DNA of 57,393 nt from Bdellovibrionota bacterium FG-1. Lineage in GTDB: Bacteria; Bdellovibrionota; UBA1018. Below are positions 1-9,657 of this stretch, piece after piece. Each line of letters opens with the position of its first letter. Position 1 is the first letter of the stretch. The notes below the pieces were generated by a model. That model worked only from the letters and a program-made list of their open reading frames with translations. It searched no databases and was not told the DNA's origin. The DNA lies in NCBI GenBank assembly GCA_051382295.1, contig JBBCAW010000074.1:1-57393 (forward strand). Reading direction: 5' to 3'. The translations under genes were made by a program, and so were the position numbers.

Positions 1-51
1 TGATTTCAAAAGGTTAGTCAGGGTTCTTGAGCTGTATATTTCCGTTTTCAT
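1..51 (-). CDS. 5' fragment of an IS-internal ORF (MKTEIYSSRTLTNLLKS...), running off the window
   Basis: ATG at 51 preceded by AGGGAC; open to the window edge. Confidence 0.4.
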   Translation of the reverse strand, partial: MKTEIYSSRTLTNLLKS

Positions 52-246
52 AATGTCCCTATTGTTCTACTAATACACAAAAAGATCAATAGAGACATTA
101 TGGTCAAACAAGCATTCCGTTGATCATGAGGAATACTGCAGTTTTCTAACGGTGTTTTAGAGATGTTATCGATGTAGCACAGAACATTGCTCTGTTTTAG
201 TGACCCAATTATCCGACTTTATGTGATTTTATTTTTGCGCGGCGCC
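1..246 (-). mobile_element. Left end of a probable insertion sequence (ISAzo13-like), continuing out of the window
   Basis: Visibly AT-richer segment. On the minus strand it starts GGCGCCGCGCAAAAATAA (246..229) right after TTA and supplies the premature stop of the 229..759 ORF. Family call is from recalled terminal-repeat style, not a search. Confidence 0.5.
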
Positions 247-759
247 TAAGCCGTACCCCACAGAACCATTGGAAAGAAAGAGTCCCGAGTCTCCAGTTGG
301 AACGCGCAGCTCCGGGATCAAAGAAAACTGATAGAGAGATTCAGCGGGAAGAAGGGACAATTTGGCGAATAGGCGCATATCTCCCAGCGCGAAGGATCGC
401 CCCTCACCCACAGGATGTGCTAAATTGAGGGGCAAAGTCGCATTCAGTGCAACTCGCGGTGCAAGTCGCAATCCGGCGGTCAAATCCAGTGTCATGATGC
501 TATCGACAATAGTGCTGGTGCGTGTCGAAAGATCGGGCGTGAGCTCTACCAGGGGATCATTGAGGAGGTTGTAATCGAGTCCCAAGAAAAGTGGTCCGTG
601 TTCCATAGAGGGTTGGACACTTTCGTTGAGCATGTACAAAGAATTACCCGGCGCAGTATGGGTCTGGATGTCAACGCTCCATGCTGATGTTGAAAGCGCA
701 ACAAATTGCAGCGCAATGATTGCCCATTTGAAGTCAAATTTCTTGAGGGGTACTCTCAT
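229..759 (-). pseudogene. Secreted/outer-membrane beta-barrel-type protein (resembles the N-terminal domain of deltaproteobacterial OmpA-family proteins), truncated by the IS
   Basis: Signal peptide; motifs YNLLNDPLV, LDLTAGLRL, LGDMRLFAK, LRVPTGD; ends abruptly at the AT-rich segment. Confidence 0.55.
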
Positions 760-1139
760 GGCTGTTTCGTTTCATCTGGAAGGCAGGTCTGAAATGGGTC
801 CTGGGGCCAATTCTCAGTCGGTTTGCATGTTGGGTCTGGCTTCGGCTCGGGAATGGGGATGGATTTTTGTGCCGGCGGAAATTTTGGTCCGGGGATCACG
901 ATGGGTTCACCCTTGGGTGTGTTTTCGGTGGGTGGCTGGGAGGGAATAGGCGTGGGTGGGGCTTGTTCCGTTTCGGTCGGTGGGATTCCCTCGGGTGGAT
1001 AACGGGTCCGTCCACCGGGAGGATTGTTGCTCACGCCTGGTATGGCGCTTTCGGGTTCGGGACCGAGCACATGTGCGTTTTGTCCACATCCCGTGCAGAC
1101 CAATCCAAAGATCAGTGTGAGTCCCAGAAGAAAATTCAT
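756..1139 (-). CDS. Proline-rich lipoprotein
   Basis: Hydrophobic leader with lipobox-like CTG-C; Pro/Thr/Glu-rich body; ATGA overlap with the next gene. Confidence 0.65.
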   Translation of the reverse strand: MNFLLGLTLIFGLVCTGCGQNAHVLGPEPESAIPGVSNNPPGGRTRYPPEGIPPTETEQAPPTPIPSQPPTENTPKGEPIVIPGPKFPPAQKSIPIPEPKPDPTCKPTENWPQDPFQTCLPDETKQP

Positions 1140-1199
1140 AGCTGCTGCCCCCCGGCATCTTTATGTAGCGAGAGGTAGCTAGCAACCGGGATGCCAAGC

Positions 1200-2228
1200 T
1201 CAAAGTTTTCGGTAGCGAGTCGCGCGTACCGCAGCGTCCGAAAGCTGGGTCATCCACACAAAACTGTCGGGTTCGCCGAAACGCAGATGGTACTTTTCTA
1301 CGCCTCGGTTGCGTTTGGCACTACTGGTCGTGGAGGTCATCGTGCAAATGAGTTCACCGCTTTCCGGGGCACAGCTAAAAACGGAGCTGCTCAGGGGTTT
1401 TCCGTGGTTATCGCGATCGCGTTCGGTGACATAGAGCAGGCCTTTTCTTTGGTCAAAATAAGTGATTTCGATATCCGCAAGACGCGCAAAAGGTTCGCCG
1501 TAAATGCCAGGTCGTGGAAGCGGTGCGAGAGGCGGTGTTGCGAGAGGGGGGGTTAGGACGAGCAGGAATGCGAATTTTCCGGTGGGTGCGTCTGAAAATA
1601 GGTCGGCGACAATTTCCCGGGTGCGCACGGAGTTAGGGTCGCCTGCATAGTCCCGGAAGATCCAGTAGAGGGCTTCGTGAACATAGAGTGCCGCGCGGTC
1701 AATATTAGGGAGGGTGGAACTGTTCCACAATTCAGGGTTGATCAAGAGATGTCCCGTGGTCGTGAAATTGGCGAGTTGCTCGGGTTCTGACGAGATGACG
1801 CCGCCCGGGCAAGTCGAGGCGGCTGGACGGGTGCGGTGTAAAATGTCCGAGGTTCGATCAAAATCAGAGTCTTTGGGTACTAGAATTCGTTTTTGAATAT
1901 CGGCAGTCCGTATTTGGTATTCAGCAAAAAATACAGGATTAGCCTGCTGAATCCTCGTTTCGGCGTAAGTGACCCATTGTTCAACTGTAGGTGTGTATGT
2001 CAGGCTCGTGCCGGGGGCGTCTGGAATATTGAGCGCAAACTCTCGGCGCCCTTCGGAAAGGTCGACCAGGTCCACCCAGAGGAGCGCATGGTCTAGCGTG
2101 GTTGCGCGACAGGTCCAAGCTCCTCCGCCATTCCCTACGCCACCACCCCCGCCTTCACCCGCAAAGACTGAGGGAAGGGTCGAGAAGCCGAGTGAAAATA
2201 GCGTCGCGGCAAAGAGAACACGTTTCAT
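1200..2228 (-). CDS. Secreted hypothetical protein with Gly-rich GVGNGGG start and HEALY motif
   Basis: 342-aa ORF; signal peptide ending VFA; ATGA overlap with the upstream regulator. Confidence 0.8.
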   Translation of the reverse strand: MKRVLFAATLFSLGFSTLPSVFAGEGGGGGVGNGGGAWTCRATTLDHALLWVDLVDLSEGRREFALNIPDAPGTSLTYTPTVEQWVTYAETRIQQANPVFFAEYQIRTADIQKRILVPKDSDFDRTSDILHRTRPAASTCPGGVISSEPEQLANFTTTGHLLINPELWNSSTLPNIDRAALYVHEALYWIFRDYAGDPNSVRTREIVADLFSDAPTGKFAFLLVLTPPLATPPLAPLPRPGIYGEPFARLADIEITYFDQRKGLLYVTERDRDNHGKPLSSSVFSCAPESGELICTMTSTTSSAKRNRGVEKYHLRFGEPDSFVWMTQLSDAAVRATRYRKL

Positions 2229-3058
2229 GAGGCGGGGCTCCTGGAAGGGGCTGCGTGCAAATCAAACATTTGCACATTGATCTGATAAAGTTTTGAAGGG
2301 TGCTCGCTCTCGGAGCTCAGGACGCTGGCTTTTGCGAGAAAATCATCGATCAATGCCCGAAATTTTCCCATATCCTTGGGGGCGATGCCAATGGTTCGAG
2401 CCGAGAGGTAGCGGCGGTCTACATCTTGTGCATCGACGGCGCGGTAGGCTTTTTCGATCATACTCCGATGGAACTTGCGGACCGCGCCATTGGCTTTTCC
2501 AGAGGGGACATAAAGCCGGGCGTGGGTTTTGACCCAGTTTGAACCTTGCTTTCGGATGAGTTGAAGTCGTTCGAGGCGTTCAATGGCTGTGCGCGTTTCA
2601 GCTCGGCAGATGCCCAGGTACTTGGCGATGCCTGCAATGGTAGTCGGCGCGCCCTGCAGATCAATTAAATAAAGAATCGGCAAGTGGTGCCAGTCTGAAA
2701 TAAATTGAAAATCTTCGGGCTTGAGGATGACCGTTTCTTCGCCGAACTCCCGGCCTTGGGCCCTTTCGAGTTGCGCGAGCGCGGTTTTTTGAGCTTGAGG
2801 GGTGGCGGCCGACTCGTACTCGACTTGCGCTACGAAAAGATCACGGTCCCGATCGGATTCAAAAAGTCGGTCGGCGAGTTTTCGAGCGTAGGCCAGGGAT
2901 AAGTGTTGTTTGCCATTCACGACTCGGGAGAGCTGGGGCGCTCCGTATCCAAGATCTCGTGCAAACGCGCGCAGCGAGTACGCGGGTCGCGATGCTTTTC
3001 GAAGCTCGAAGTGGCGCTGAATTTGTGCCCGATAACCGGGAGAAAGGGGGCCTTCCAT
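2225..3058 (-). CDS. TIGR02147/DUF4423-type HTH regulator
   Basis: YSLRAFARDLG..LSRVVNGKQHLS HTH, FQFISDWHH, KFHRSMIEKA, LYQINVQMF. Start placed at ATG 3058. Confidence 0.85.
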   Translation of the reverse strand: MEGPLSPGYRAQIQRHFELRKASRPAYSLRAFARDLGYGAPQLSRVVNGKQHLSLAYARKLADRLFESDRDRDLFVAQVEYESAATPQAQKTALAQLERAQGREFGEETVILKPEDFQFISDWHHLPILYLIDLQGAPTTIAGIAKYLGICRAETRTAIERLERLQLIRKQGSNWVKTHARLYVPSGKANGAVRKFHRSMIEKAYRAVDAQDVDRRYLSARTIGIAPKDMGKFRALIDDFLAKASVLSSESEHPSKLYQINVQMFDLHAAPSRSPAS

Positions 3059-3131
3059 GGCCGGGGGAATATAATACTGTACTCGATAAGTAAAGTTATT
3101 ATAGCGCGATGCGTAAATAGTGTTAAAACGG

Positions 3132-4169
3132 CTACTTAGTATCATCGTAGGCTCTTTTTAAATCACTGAAGCGCCAGTTGCTCATGATGGATTGTCCATT
3201 ATCCCGTGCTTCGACATCCAGGGGTTGGAAGTCATACATCGGTACTTTGCGAAGCACGCAGTAACGCGATGGGTTCGGGTCTTGAGAAAACTCACTAGAG
3301 TGGATGGCATCCTGGCAATGGGCTTCGCCCCGTGAGGGGTTTGGGATTTTGTGGTTGTCGTGGTGAACTTTACCGATGAACTCAAAGGTCCAGTCTTCCA
3401 TCGGTACGGCGTTGCCAAGGAATTCCCGGTCCAGCACCACTTGTTCTGAGCCGACGTAAACAAAGGGCGCGACGTGGAACCACCATTTATAGGGCTTGTC
3501 CCAAAAGAGAAAGTGACTCGTAAAGCGGTGACGCAACAAGCTCGTGAAGAACATAAAAACTTTCATGCTTTTGACGCCATGAAACTGCTCGAACTCTCGC
3601 GCCCAGACATGCGCTCTCTCGTAGCATTGGGAGTGATGCTTGAGTTCTCGTTCGGAACGAAAGAGCTCCTGCGCCTCGTTCATGGATGAAAGGACGGTAG
3701 GCGTGTAGTTTTCAGTTTGGCCGGTACAATCTCGCGCGGTGTTTGCTCGCGGAAGGGAGGTGGTGCCGTCAAGGCTATCGCGGCTATCCAGGCTATCGCG
3801 GGCTTCGTCGACCACACGCGCGTCGTCAAAGGTATCGGAGTAATGGCGGCCTTCTGGGCCTGAAAGTGGGTTTACCGCAATCACGCGTTCCTCGTCCACG
3901 GAGTCCAAGACCAGTTGAACGGGGCGTCTGCTTTGAACGCTTGCGCGGACTTGCTCGACCAAGGCACGGTCCTCGGGGGCGATGAAGTACACGCGCCCGT
4001 CGCCGGTCGAGAGGACTTCGTAGAGACCGTTCGCCGCTTGGGGCGCTTCGACGCGGAATACCCGGGTTTTGACGACTGAGGCCTGGACGGCGGGTGAGGC
4101 GATGGCGGTGAGGGCTAGGGCTAGGGCTAGGGCAGAAATGCCGGCAAAAATGCGAATTTGGTTTTTCAT
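3132..4169 (-). CDS. Secreted protein-glutamine glutaminase-like (papain/transglutaminase-fold) protein
   Basis: Signal peptide; QCYERAHVW (Cys), WWFHVAP (His), VLD (Asp) resemble the Chryseobacterium protein-glutaminase triad motifs. Confidence 0.75.
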   Translation of the reverse strand: MKNQIRIFAGISALALALALTAIASPAVQASVVKTRVFRVEAPQAANGLYEVLSTGDGRVYFIAPEDRALVEQVRASVQSRRPVQLVLDSVDEERVIAVNPLSGPEGRHYSDTFDDARVVDEARDSLDSRDSLDGTTSLPRANTARDCTGQTENYTPTVLSSMNEAQELFRSERELKHHSQCYERAHVWAREFEQFHGVKSMKVFMFFTSLLRHRFTSHFLFWDKPYKWWFHVAPFVYVGSEQVVLDREFLGNAVPMEDWTFEFIGKVHHDNHKIPNPSRGEAHCQDAIHSSEFSQDPNPSRYCVLRKVPMYDFQPLDVEARDNGQSIMSNWRFSDLKRAYDDTK

Positions 4170-4212
4170 TGTGAACTCCTTGTGCCCTGGGAATTACAGG
4201 ACGCGTGGGCGC

Positions 4213-4239
4213 ACCAAAAGGTACTCCGTACCTTTTGGT
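4213..4239. promoter_or_regulatory. Perfect 12-bp inverted repeat (operator or hairpin)
   Basis: ACCAAAAGGTAC-TCC-GTACCTTTTGGT in a divergent intergenic region. Confidence 0.4.
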
Positions 4240-4468
4240 AGAGGTCTGCGTCATTTTCATGCGAATTTGACCTCCGCAGCGGAGGTGTGAAAAAACGCGC
4301 TTTATCGATAAATTCGTGGTTTTTGCACTTGACGTGATTTTAAGTCGCGATTTTTGGGCCGATAAACTCCGGATTTTGGGGTTTTTCTCGAAAACACGTT
4401 CTTAGGCTGTCGTTTGTCGATTCTAGTGGCAAAAATGGCGATTTCAAAAGCTGTGTTATGCCCTTTTC

Positions 4469-5370
4469 ATGCAAGTCATCCAATCCCTATTGAAAAATCT
4501 TTCGTCTGAAAAACTTCTCGACCAGACCCTAAGTTTGGTCGCACAAGAACGACAGATCACAGCATCGCTCATTTCACACTTCGAAAAAATCGAAGTCCGC
4601 CGTCTTTATGCCGAAAAAGGCTGGGCCTCCATGTGGGAAATGTGCACCCTACACTTTAAGATGAGCGAGGGCTCTACGCATCGCTATCTTTCGGCCATGC
4701 GTATGGTGCGGCAGGGGATCACCCCGACCCTTGCAAGTGAACTGGTTCAACATGTCCTGTCGCTTTCGCAACGGGAATGCGATGCCAAGTTGCAAGAGCT
4801 GATGCCGGATTTTCTGCCTGAGGAAAAGGAACGGGTGGTCTCCGCCCAAAAGGACCATGAACTCAGGATCGTGATTTCGGATGAAGGCTTCCAAAATTTA
4901 CAGCGAATCAAAGGTTTACTTGCGCACGCAAACCCAGACGCAAGCTATGGGGAGTTAATCGAAGTTATGGTGAATGAAACATTAGAGAGACTTGAAAAAA
5001 AGAAAGGCATCGCTCCTTCGCCAAAGTCCGAGGCGCCAGCCTCCGCCGCCGAGGTTAAACAGGCTACTCAGCCGGACCTTCCCCCAGGTTATCGAGTGTA
5101 CTTACCTGTTGCCCTCCGACGGGAGGTTTTTGCCCGGGCAAAGGGACAGTGTGAGTACACTCATCAAGGTCGACGTTGCACTTCACGGTTCGCTTTGGAA
5201 CTGGACCACATCACACCCCTGGCGCTTGGAGGCGAAGACAGCCTAGAAAATGCGAGAGTTTTGTGTCGTTTATGCCGAATGCGGCATAATGTCGTCATCA
5301 CAACTTGCAACAAGCCCAGGCCAAGCTGAAATCTCACGCTAGGCGACGTCCACGTCCACGTGCGGCTTAA
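4469..5370 (+). pseudogene. Bdellovibrio-type HNH endonuclease with a frameshifted C-terminus (ORF as read ends at 5329)
   Basis: RREVFARAKGQCEY..C....LELDHITPLALGGEDSLENARVLC. A 26-bp insertion at 5270-5295 shifts the frame; removing it restores LCRHHNLQQA...* ending at 5370. Confidence 0.75.
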
Positions 5371-5421
5371 TCACCGGCCTCCCTTTTGCATCCCAATCAC
5401 CAAAAGGGAGGCTTGAAAATC

Positions 5422-6003
5422 ATGTCGCTGCGAATCGCCGTTCTAGTCGGAAGTCTTCGCAAGGAATCCTTCAACAAGAAGATCGCCAAGCAGCTTATGC
5501 TGCTTGCCCCCAAAGCCCTCCATATGGACGCGCTCGAAATCGGTCAGCTTCCTCTTTATAATCAAGATCTCGACGATGAAGAAAGGCCACCGGCTGAATG
5601 GGTGGAGTTTCGGAGTCGCCTCAAAAAATTCGATGGTCTCCTCTTTGTCACCCCCGAATATAACCGTTCTGTGCCGGCCGTTCTCAAAAATGCTCTCGAT
5701 GTAGGGTCGCGTCCCTATGGTCAGAGTGTCTGGGATGGGAAGCCTGCGGCAGTGGTCAGTGTTTCACCTGGCGCTATAGGCGGATTCGGAGCCAACCACC
5801 ATTTCAGGCAATCCCTGGTTTTTCTGAATGTTCCATGCTTGCAGCAGCCCGAGATGTATATTGGAAATGTCGAAAAACAGCTCGATTCCAGTGGCAATAT
5901 TACAAATGAAAAAACTCGACAGATTTTGGAAAATTTCATCCACGCATTCGCAGATTGGGTTTCCCTTTTCTCGGCAAAAAGCGAAATAAAAAAGGCCGGC
6001 TAA
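5422..6003 (+). CDS. NAD(P)H-dependent FMN reductase (ChrR-like)
   Basis: GSLRKESFN, TPEYNRSVPAVLKNALD, SPGAIGG; GGAGG RBS upstream of ATG 5422. Confidence 0.92.
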   Translation: MSLRIAVLVGSLRKESFNKKIAKQLMLLAPKALHMDALEIGQLPLYNQDLDDEERPPAEWVEFRSRLKKFDGLLFVTPEYNRSVPAVLKNALDVGSRPYGQSVWDGKPAAVVSVSPGAIGGFGANHHFRQSLVFLNVPCLQQPEMYIGNVEKQLDSSGNITNEKTRQILENFIHAFADWVSLFSAKSEIKKAG

Positions 6004-6061
6004 CGCCCTCGAAACTCACTATTTTGTTTGCAGACCTCTGAAAAGCTGCGAAAAAGGAGAG

Positions 6062-8305
6062 ATGCGCACTTATCTTCTCCCAGTTTTAATTGCGGTTTTT
6101 TTCAGCGTTGCCTGCTCTACTCCCGTGTCCGCAGAAATCCTCACGGTTCGTCGGATTTTCGAGGATCCTAGTCTTGAAGGACCCTCGGTGCAAAATCTCA
6201 AATTTTCGCCCAATGGTTTGAGGGTGACCTTTTTGAAAGGCAAAGTGCAGGACCATCGCAAGCTGGATCTTTGGGAGATCGATACTCGCAGTGGGGAACA
6301 GCGATTACTAGTCGATTCGGATGCGTTCGAACAGGGCGAGGCCAAGCTCTCATCCGAGGAAAAAGCGCGACGCGAGAGAAAACGCATCAGTGACACCGGG
6401 ATCGTGGAGTACAGTTTTTCGCAAGATGGTAACGCACTTGTGTTTCCGATCGGCGGGGCCGTTTATTTCTACTCGCTTGAAACAGCCGGCACCCACGCGC
6501 CCCTCCAGTTGACCAGCGGCCAGTACCACGAGACCGATGCGCAACTTTCGCCCCACGGACATTACGTTTCGTATATTCGGGGTTCTGATCTCTATGCCTC
6601 CGATACTCGCACGCGCAAGGAAATCCGTCTCACGCGGGATGGAAATGCGACCATCAAGAATGGTGCGGCGGAGTTTGTCGCGCAAGAGGAGATGGATCGC
6701 TTTACGGGGCATTGGTGGTCAGAAGACGAGCGGCATCTGGCTTTTATTCAATATGACGAATCCAAAGTTGAAGTTGCCAAGCGTTACGAGGTCAATGCCG
6801 ATGGAATGACGGTCGAAGAGCAACGCTATCCCCGCACTGGAACGCCCAATGTCCGAGTGCGGCTTGGCATTTTGTCACCCGTTCATCCGGGGGCGCCTCG
6901 GTGGCTCGATCTCGGCCCCAATCCCGATATTTACATTGCCCGCGTGAAGTGGCTTCCTGATAATCAGACGGTCGCGGTCCAGATTCAGAGCCGAGACCAG
7001 AAAAAACTGGAGCTTTGCTTTTACGATATCCACTCCGGAAAAAAACGTGTGATCCTCACTGAAACAGATCCTCACTGGGTCACCCTTCATGATGATCTTC
7101 GGTTTCTCAAAATGTCCAAGCTCTTGACATGGTCGTCCGAACGCTCCGGCACACGCCAACTTTATCTTTACGATTGGAACGGCAAGCTCATTCGCCAACT
7201 CACGCATCAGCGGTGGTCGATTCATGGGCTTACAGGGATCGACTCTGCTGAAAAAACGCTCTATTTCACGGCCTCAGGAGAGTCGCCGTTGGAGCAGCAT
7301 CTTTATCGTGTTCCGGTGGACCATGACGCGGCTGAGGTAAAGATGACTGAACTTCAAGGCACGCATTCGATTGAGATGCCCCTGAGTGCGGGTTTCTACA
7401 TCGATCGCTTTTCGACACCTTTGCACCCACCCCAAGTTTCGATTGATTCCGCTCAGGATGGTAAAAGAATCGCATGGATCGAAGAAAACAGTCTCGATGC
7501 TAAGCACCCGCTGACTCCTTTTTTAAAGGACTTTTCGGAACCCGAGTTTGGATCTTTTATCAGCCCGCAGGGGGTTGAGCTTTATTATCGGATGCTCAAG
7601 CCGCGAGGGTATCAGGCGGGTCGTCGTTATCCCGTCATTGTTAATGTTTATGGAGGCCCCACCCATCAAGTGGTGCGCCGGGCCTGGGGGCGCAAAAGCG
7701 ATCTTTGGCAGCAGATTATGGCGAGCCGCGGATTTGTGGTTTTTTCGATCGATAATCGTGGGAGTTCGGGAAGAAATCGCGAATTTGAAAACCCCATCCA
7801 TCTTAAGCTGGGAGAAGTCGAAGTACAGGATCAGGCTGCTGGCGTGGACTACTTGATCCGCCAGGGTATCGCTGATCCTGCTCGAATCGGGGTTTTTGGC
7901 TGGAGTTATGGCGGCTACATGGCCCTGATGACGTTGCTTAAGCGGCCTGATTTGTACGCGGCCGCCGTGAGTGTGGCACCGGTCACGGATTTTTCACTTT
8001 ACGATACTCATTACACTGAACGCTACTTAAGTACTCCTGCGCTCAATCCCAAGGGATACGAGGAGAGCTCGGTGCTCAAATACGTGGATCGGTTAAAAGG
8101 ACATTTGCTCATGGTTCACGGAATGGCGGATGATAATGTGCTTTTTACGAATAGCACTCGGATTTATAAGGCTCTTCAAGATAGAGCCCTTCCTTTTGAG
8201 ATGATGACGTATCCGGGGGGCAAACACGGCCTTTACGGCAAGATGCCGCAAACCCATGTTTATGAAATGATCACGCGATTTTTTGAAACGCACCTTGGGC
8301 AATAG
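6062..8305 (+). CDS. Dipeptidyl peptidase IV, S9 family, secreted
   Basis: AQEEMDR, GWSYGG nucleophile, HGMADDNV, KHG; signal peptide. Confidence 0.95.
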   Translation: MRTYLLPVLIAVFFSVACSTPVSAEILTVRRIFEDPSLEGPSVQNLKFSPNGLRVTFLKGKVQDHRKLDLWEIDTRSGEQRLLVDSDAFEQGEAKLSSEEKARRERKRISDTGIVEYSFSQDGNALVFPIGGAVYFYSLETAGTHAPLQLTSGQYHETDAQLSPHGHYVSYIRGSDLYASDTRTRKEIRLTRDGNATIKNGAAEFVAQEEMDRFTGHWWSEDERHLAFIQYDESKVEVAKRYEVNADGMTVEEQRYPRTGTPNVRVRLGILSPVHPGAPRWLDLGPNPDIYIARVKWLPDNQTVAVQIQSRDQKKLELCFYDIHSGKKRVILTETDPHWVTLHDDLRFLKMSKLLTWSSERSGTRQLYLYDWNGKLIRQLTHQRWSIHGLTGIDSAEKTLYFTASGESPLEQHLYRVPVDHDAAEVKMTELQGTHSIEMPLSAGFYIDRFSTPLHPPQVSIDSAQDGKRIAWIEENSLDAKHPLTPFLKDFSEPEFGSFISPQGVELYYRMLKPRGYQAGRRYPVIVNVYGGPTHQVVRRAWGRKSDLWQQIMASRGFVVFSIDNRGSSGRNREFENPIHLKLGEVEVQDQAAGVDYLIRQGIADPARIGVFGWSYGGYMALMTLLKRPDLYAAAVSVAPVTDFSLYDTHYTERYLSTPALNPKGYEESSVLKYVDRLKGHLLMVHGMADDNVLFTNSTRIYKALQDRALPFEMMTYPGGKHGLYGKMPQTHVYEMITRFFETHLGQ

Positions 8306-8367
8306 ATTAATTCCCGTCAAATTTTTGACCTTTGACCCGTCCTCAGTCCTCGGTTTAGAATGCCCTC

Positions 8368-9609
8368 ATGTTTGACCACCTCATGAATCCCCTGCAGCTG
8401 AGCCTTCGAGATGAGGTCCGTGAGTTTGTGCGTTCGATTCCCAAAGAACTGATTCTCGCGATGGATCGCGATGAGGTCCAGTTCCCTAAAGAATTTTTAG
8501 CCGAAGCCGGACGTCGTAATCTCCTGGGTGTTCGTTACCCTACGCAGTGGGGCGGGCGCGGAATGACGTGGGTGGATACCTGCATGGTGATGGAGGAGGT
8601 CGGAGTTCTCGGCTATATTTTTAGCTGCATCTTTGGCGTCGGGGCGGAACTGGTTTGCGACGCTATTTTTTTGCACGGGACCGATGAGCAAAAAGAGCGG
8701 TATATGAAGCCGCTTCTTGCGGGAAAACGTTTTGCGGCCGAGTGCCTCACGGAGCCTCGGGGCGGGTCGGATTTTTTCGGGGCGACGACTACCGCGGTTC
8801 TTCAGGATGGATATTGGGTGTTGAATGGCAAGAAACGATTTATCGTAGGCGGGCAGGGCGCAGATTATTTTTTGGTGTACGCCAAGACTGACCCGACGGC
8901 CCCAGCGCACAAGTCGATGACTTGTTTTCTTGTCGATCGGAGTCCCGGGGTCGAGACCAGCTACCTCTATGGCTTGATGGGATGCCGTGGGGGAGGCGCG
9001 GCCCGAGTGGTTTTTGATCAAGTCAAAATTCCCGAGGAAAATGTTCTCGGAAGGGTTCACGGCGCATCCGAAGTGTTTTTTTCGATGATGATTCCGGAGC
9101 GGCTCGGCACGGCGGCGATGACCATTGGCGCCGCAAGGCCTGCGCTCGAGATTGCCACCCGTTACACGAGTCGGCGCAAGGCTTTTGGTAAGACGATACG
9201 TGAGTTTCAGGGCGTGAGTTTTCAGGTGGCTGAGGCGGTGACGTTATTGGATGCCGCGCGAAGCATGGTGTTTACGACCGCGCAGGCCGTGGATGCCAAG
9301 GCGAATCCCCATCTGGTGCGACGACTCGTGAGTGAGACCAAGAAATTCGTGACCGAGTCGTGCCAATCCGTGGCGCGATCTTCCATGCAGGTCATGGGGG
9401 GGATTGGTTACACGGATGTTTTTCCGGTGGAGCGGATCGTTCGTGATCTAGGCCTTGCGAGTATTTGGACGGGAACGAATGAGATCATGAGCATGATCAT
9501 CGAAACCGAATGGTATAAAGAGTACGCCAAACGAAGTGGGGCGACCACCCGTGACCCGGAGCCTGATGCGGCTCATGCGGAGGATTGGGAAGAAAAAGTG
9601 TATGAGTAG
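8368..9609 (+). CDS. Acyl-CoA dehydrogenase
   Basis: CLTEPRGGSD, LNGKKRFI, RKAFGKTIREFQGV, GGIGY, IWTGTNEIM. Confidence 0.93.
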   Translation: MFDHLMNPLQLSLRDEVREFVRSIPKELILAMDRDEVQFPKEFLAEAGRRNLLGVRYPTQWGGRGMTWVDTCMVMEEVGVLGYIFSCIFGVGAELVCDAIFLHGTDEQKERYMKPLLAGKRFAAECLTEPRGGSDFFGATTTAVLQDGYWVLNGKKRFIVGGQGADYFLVYAKTDPTAPAHKSMTCFLVDRSPGVETSYLYGLMGCRGGGAARVVFDQVKIPEENVLGRVHGASEVFFSMMIPERLGTAAMTIGAARPALEIATRYTSRRKAFGKTIREFQGVSFQVAEAVTLLDAARSMVFTTAQAVDAKANPHLVRRLVSETKKFVTESCQSVARSSMQVMGGIGYTDVFPVERIVRDLGLASIWTGTNEIMSMIIETEWYKEYAKRSGATTRDPEPDAAHAEDWEEKVYE

Positions 9610-9657
9610 TTGAGGTATTGATAGACAGTTTACTACCCCTGCGTTTCAATAGCCCCT

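Noticed and set aside
4111..4133. (AGGGCT)n tandem repeat as a phase-variation tract
   Set aside because: An in-frame hexamer encoding ALALALAL in a signal peptide; copy changes would not shift the frame.
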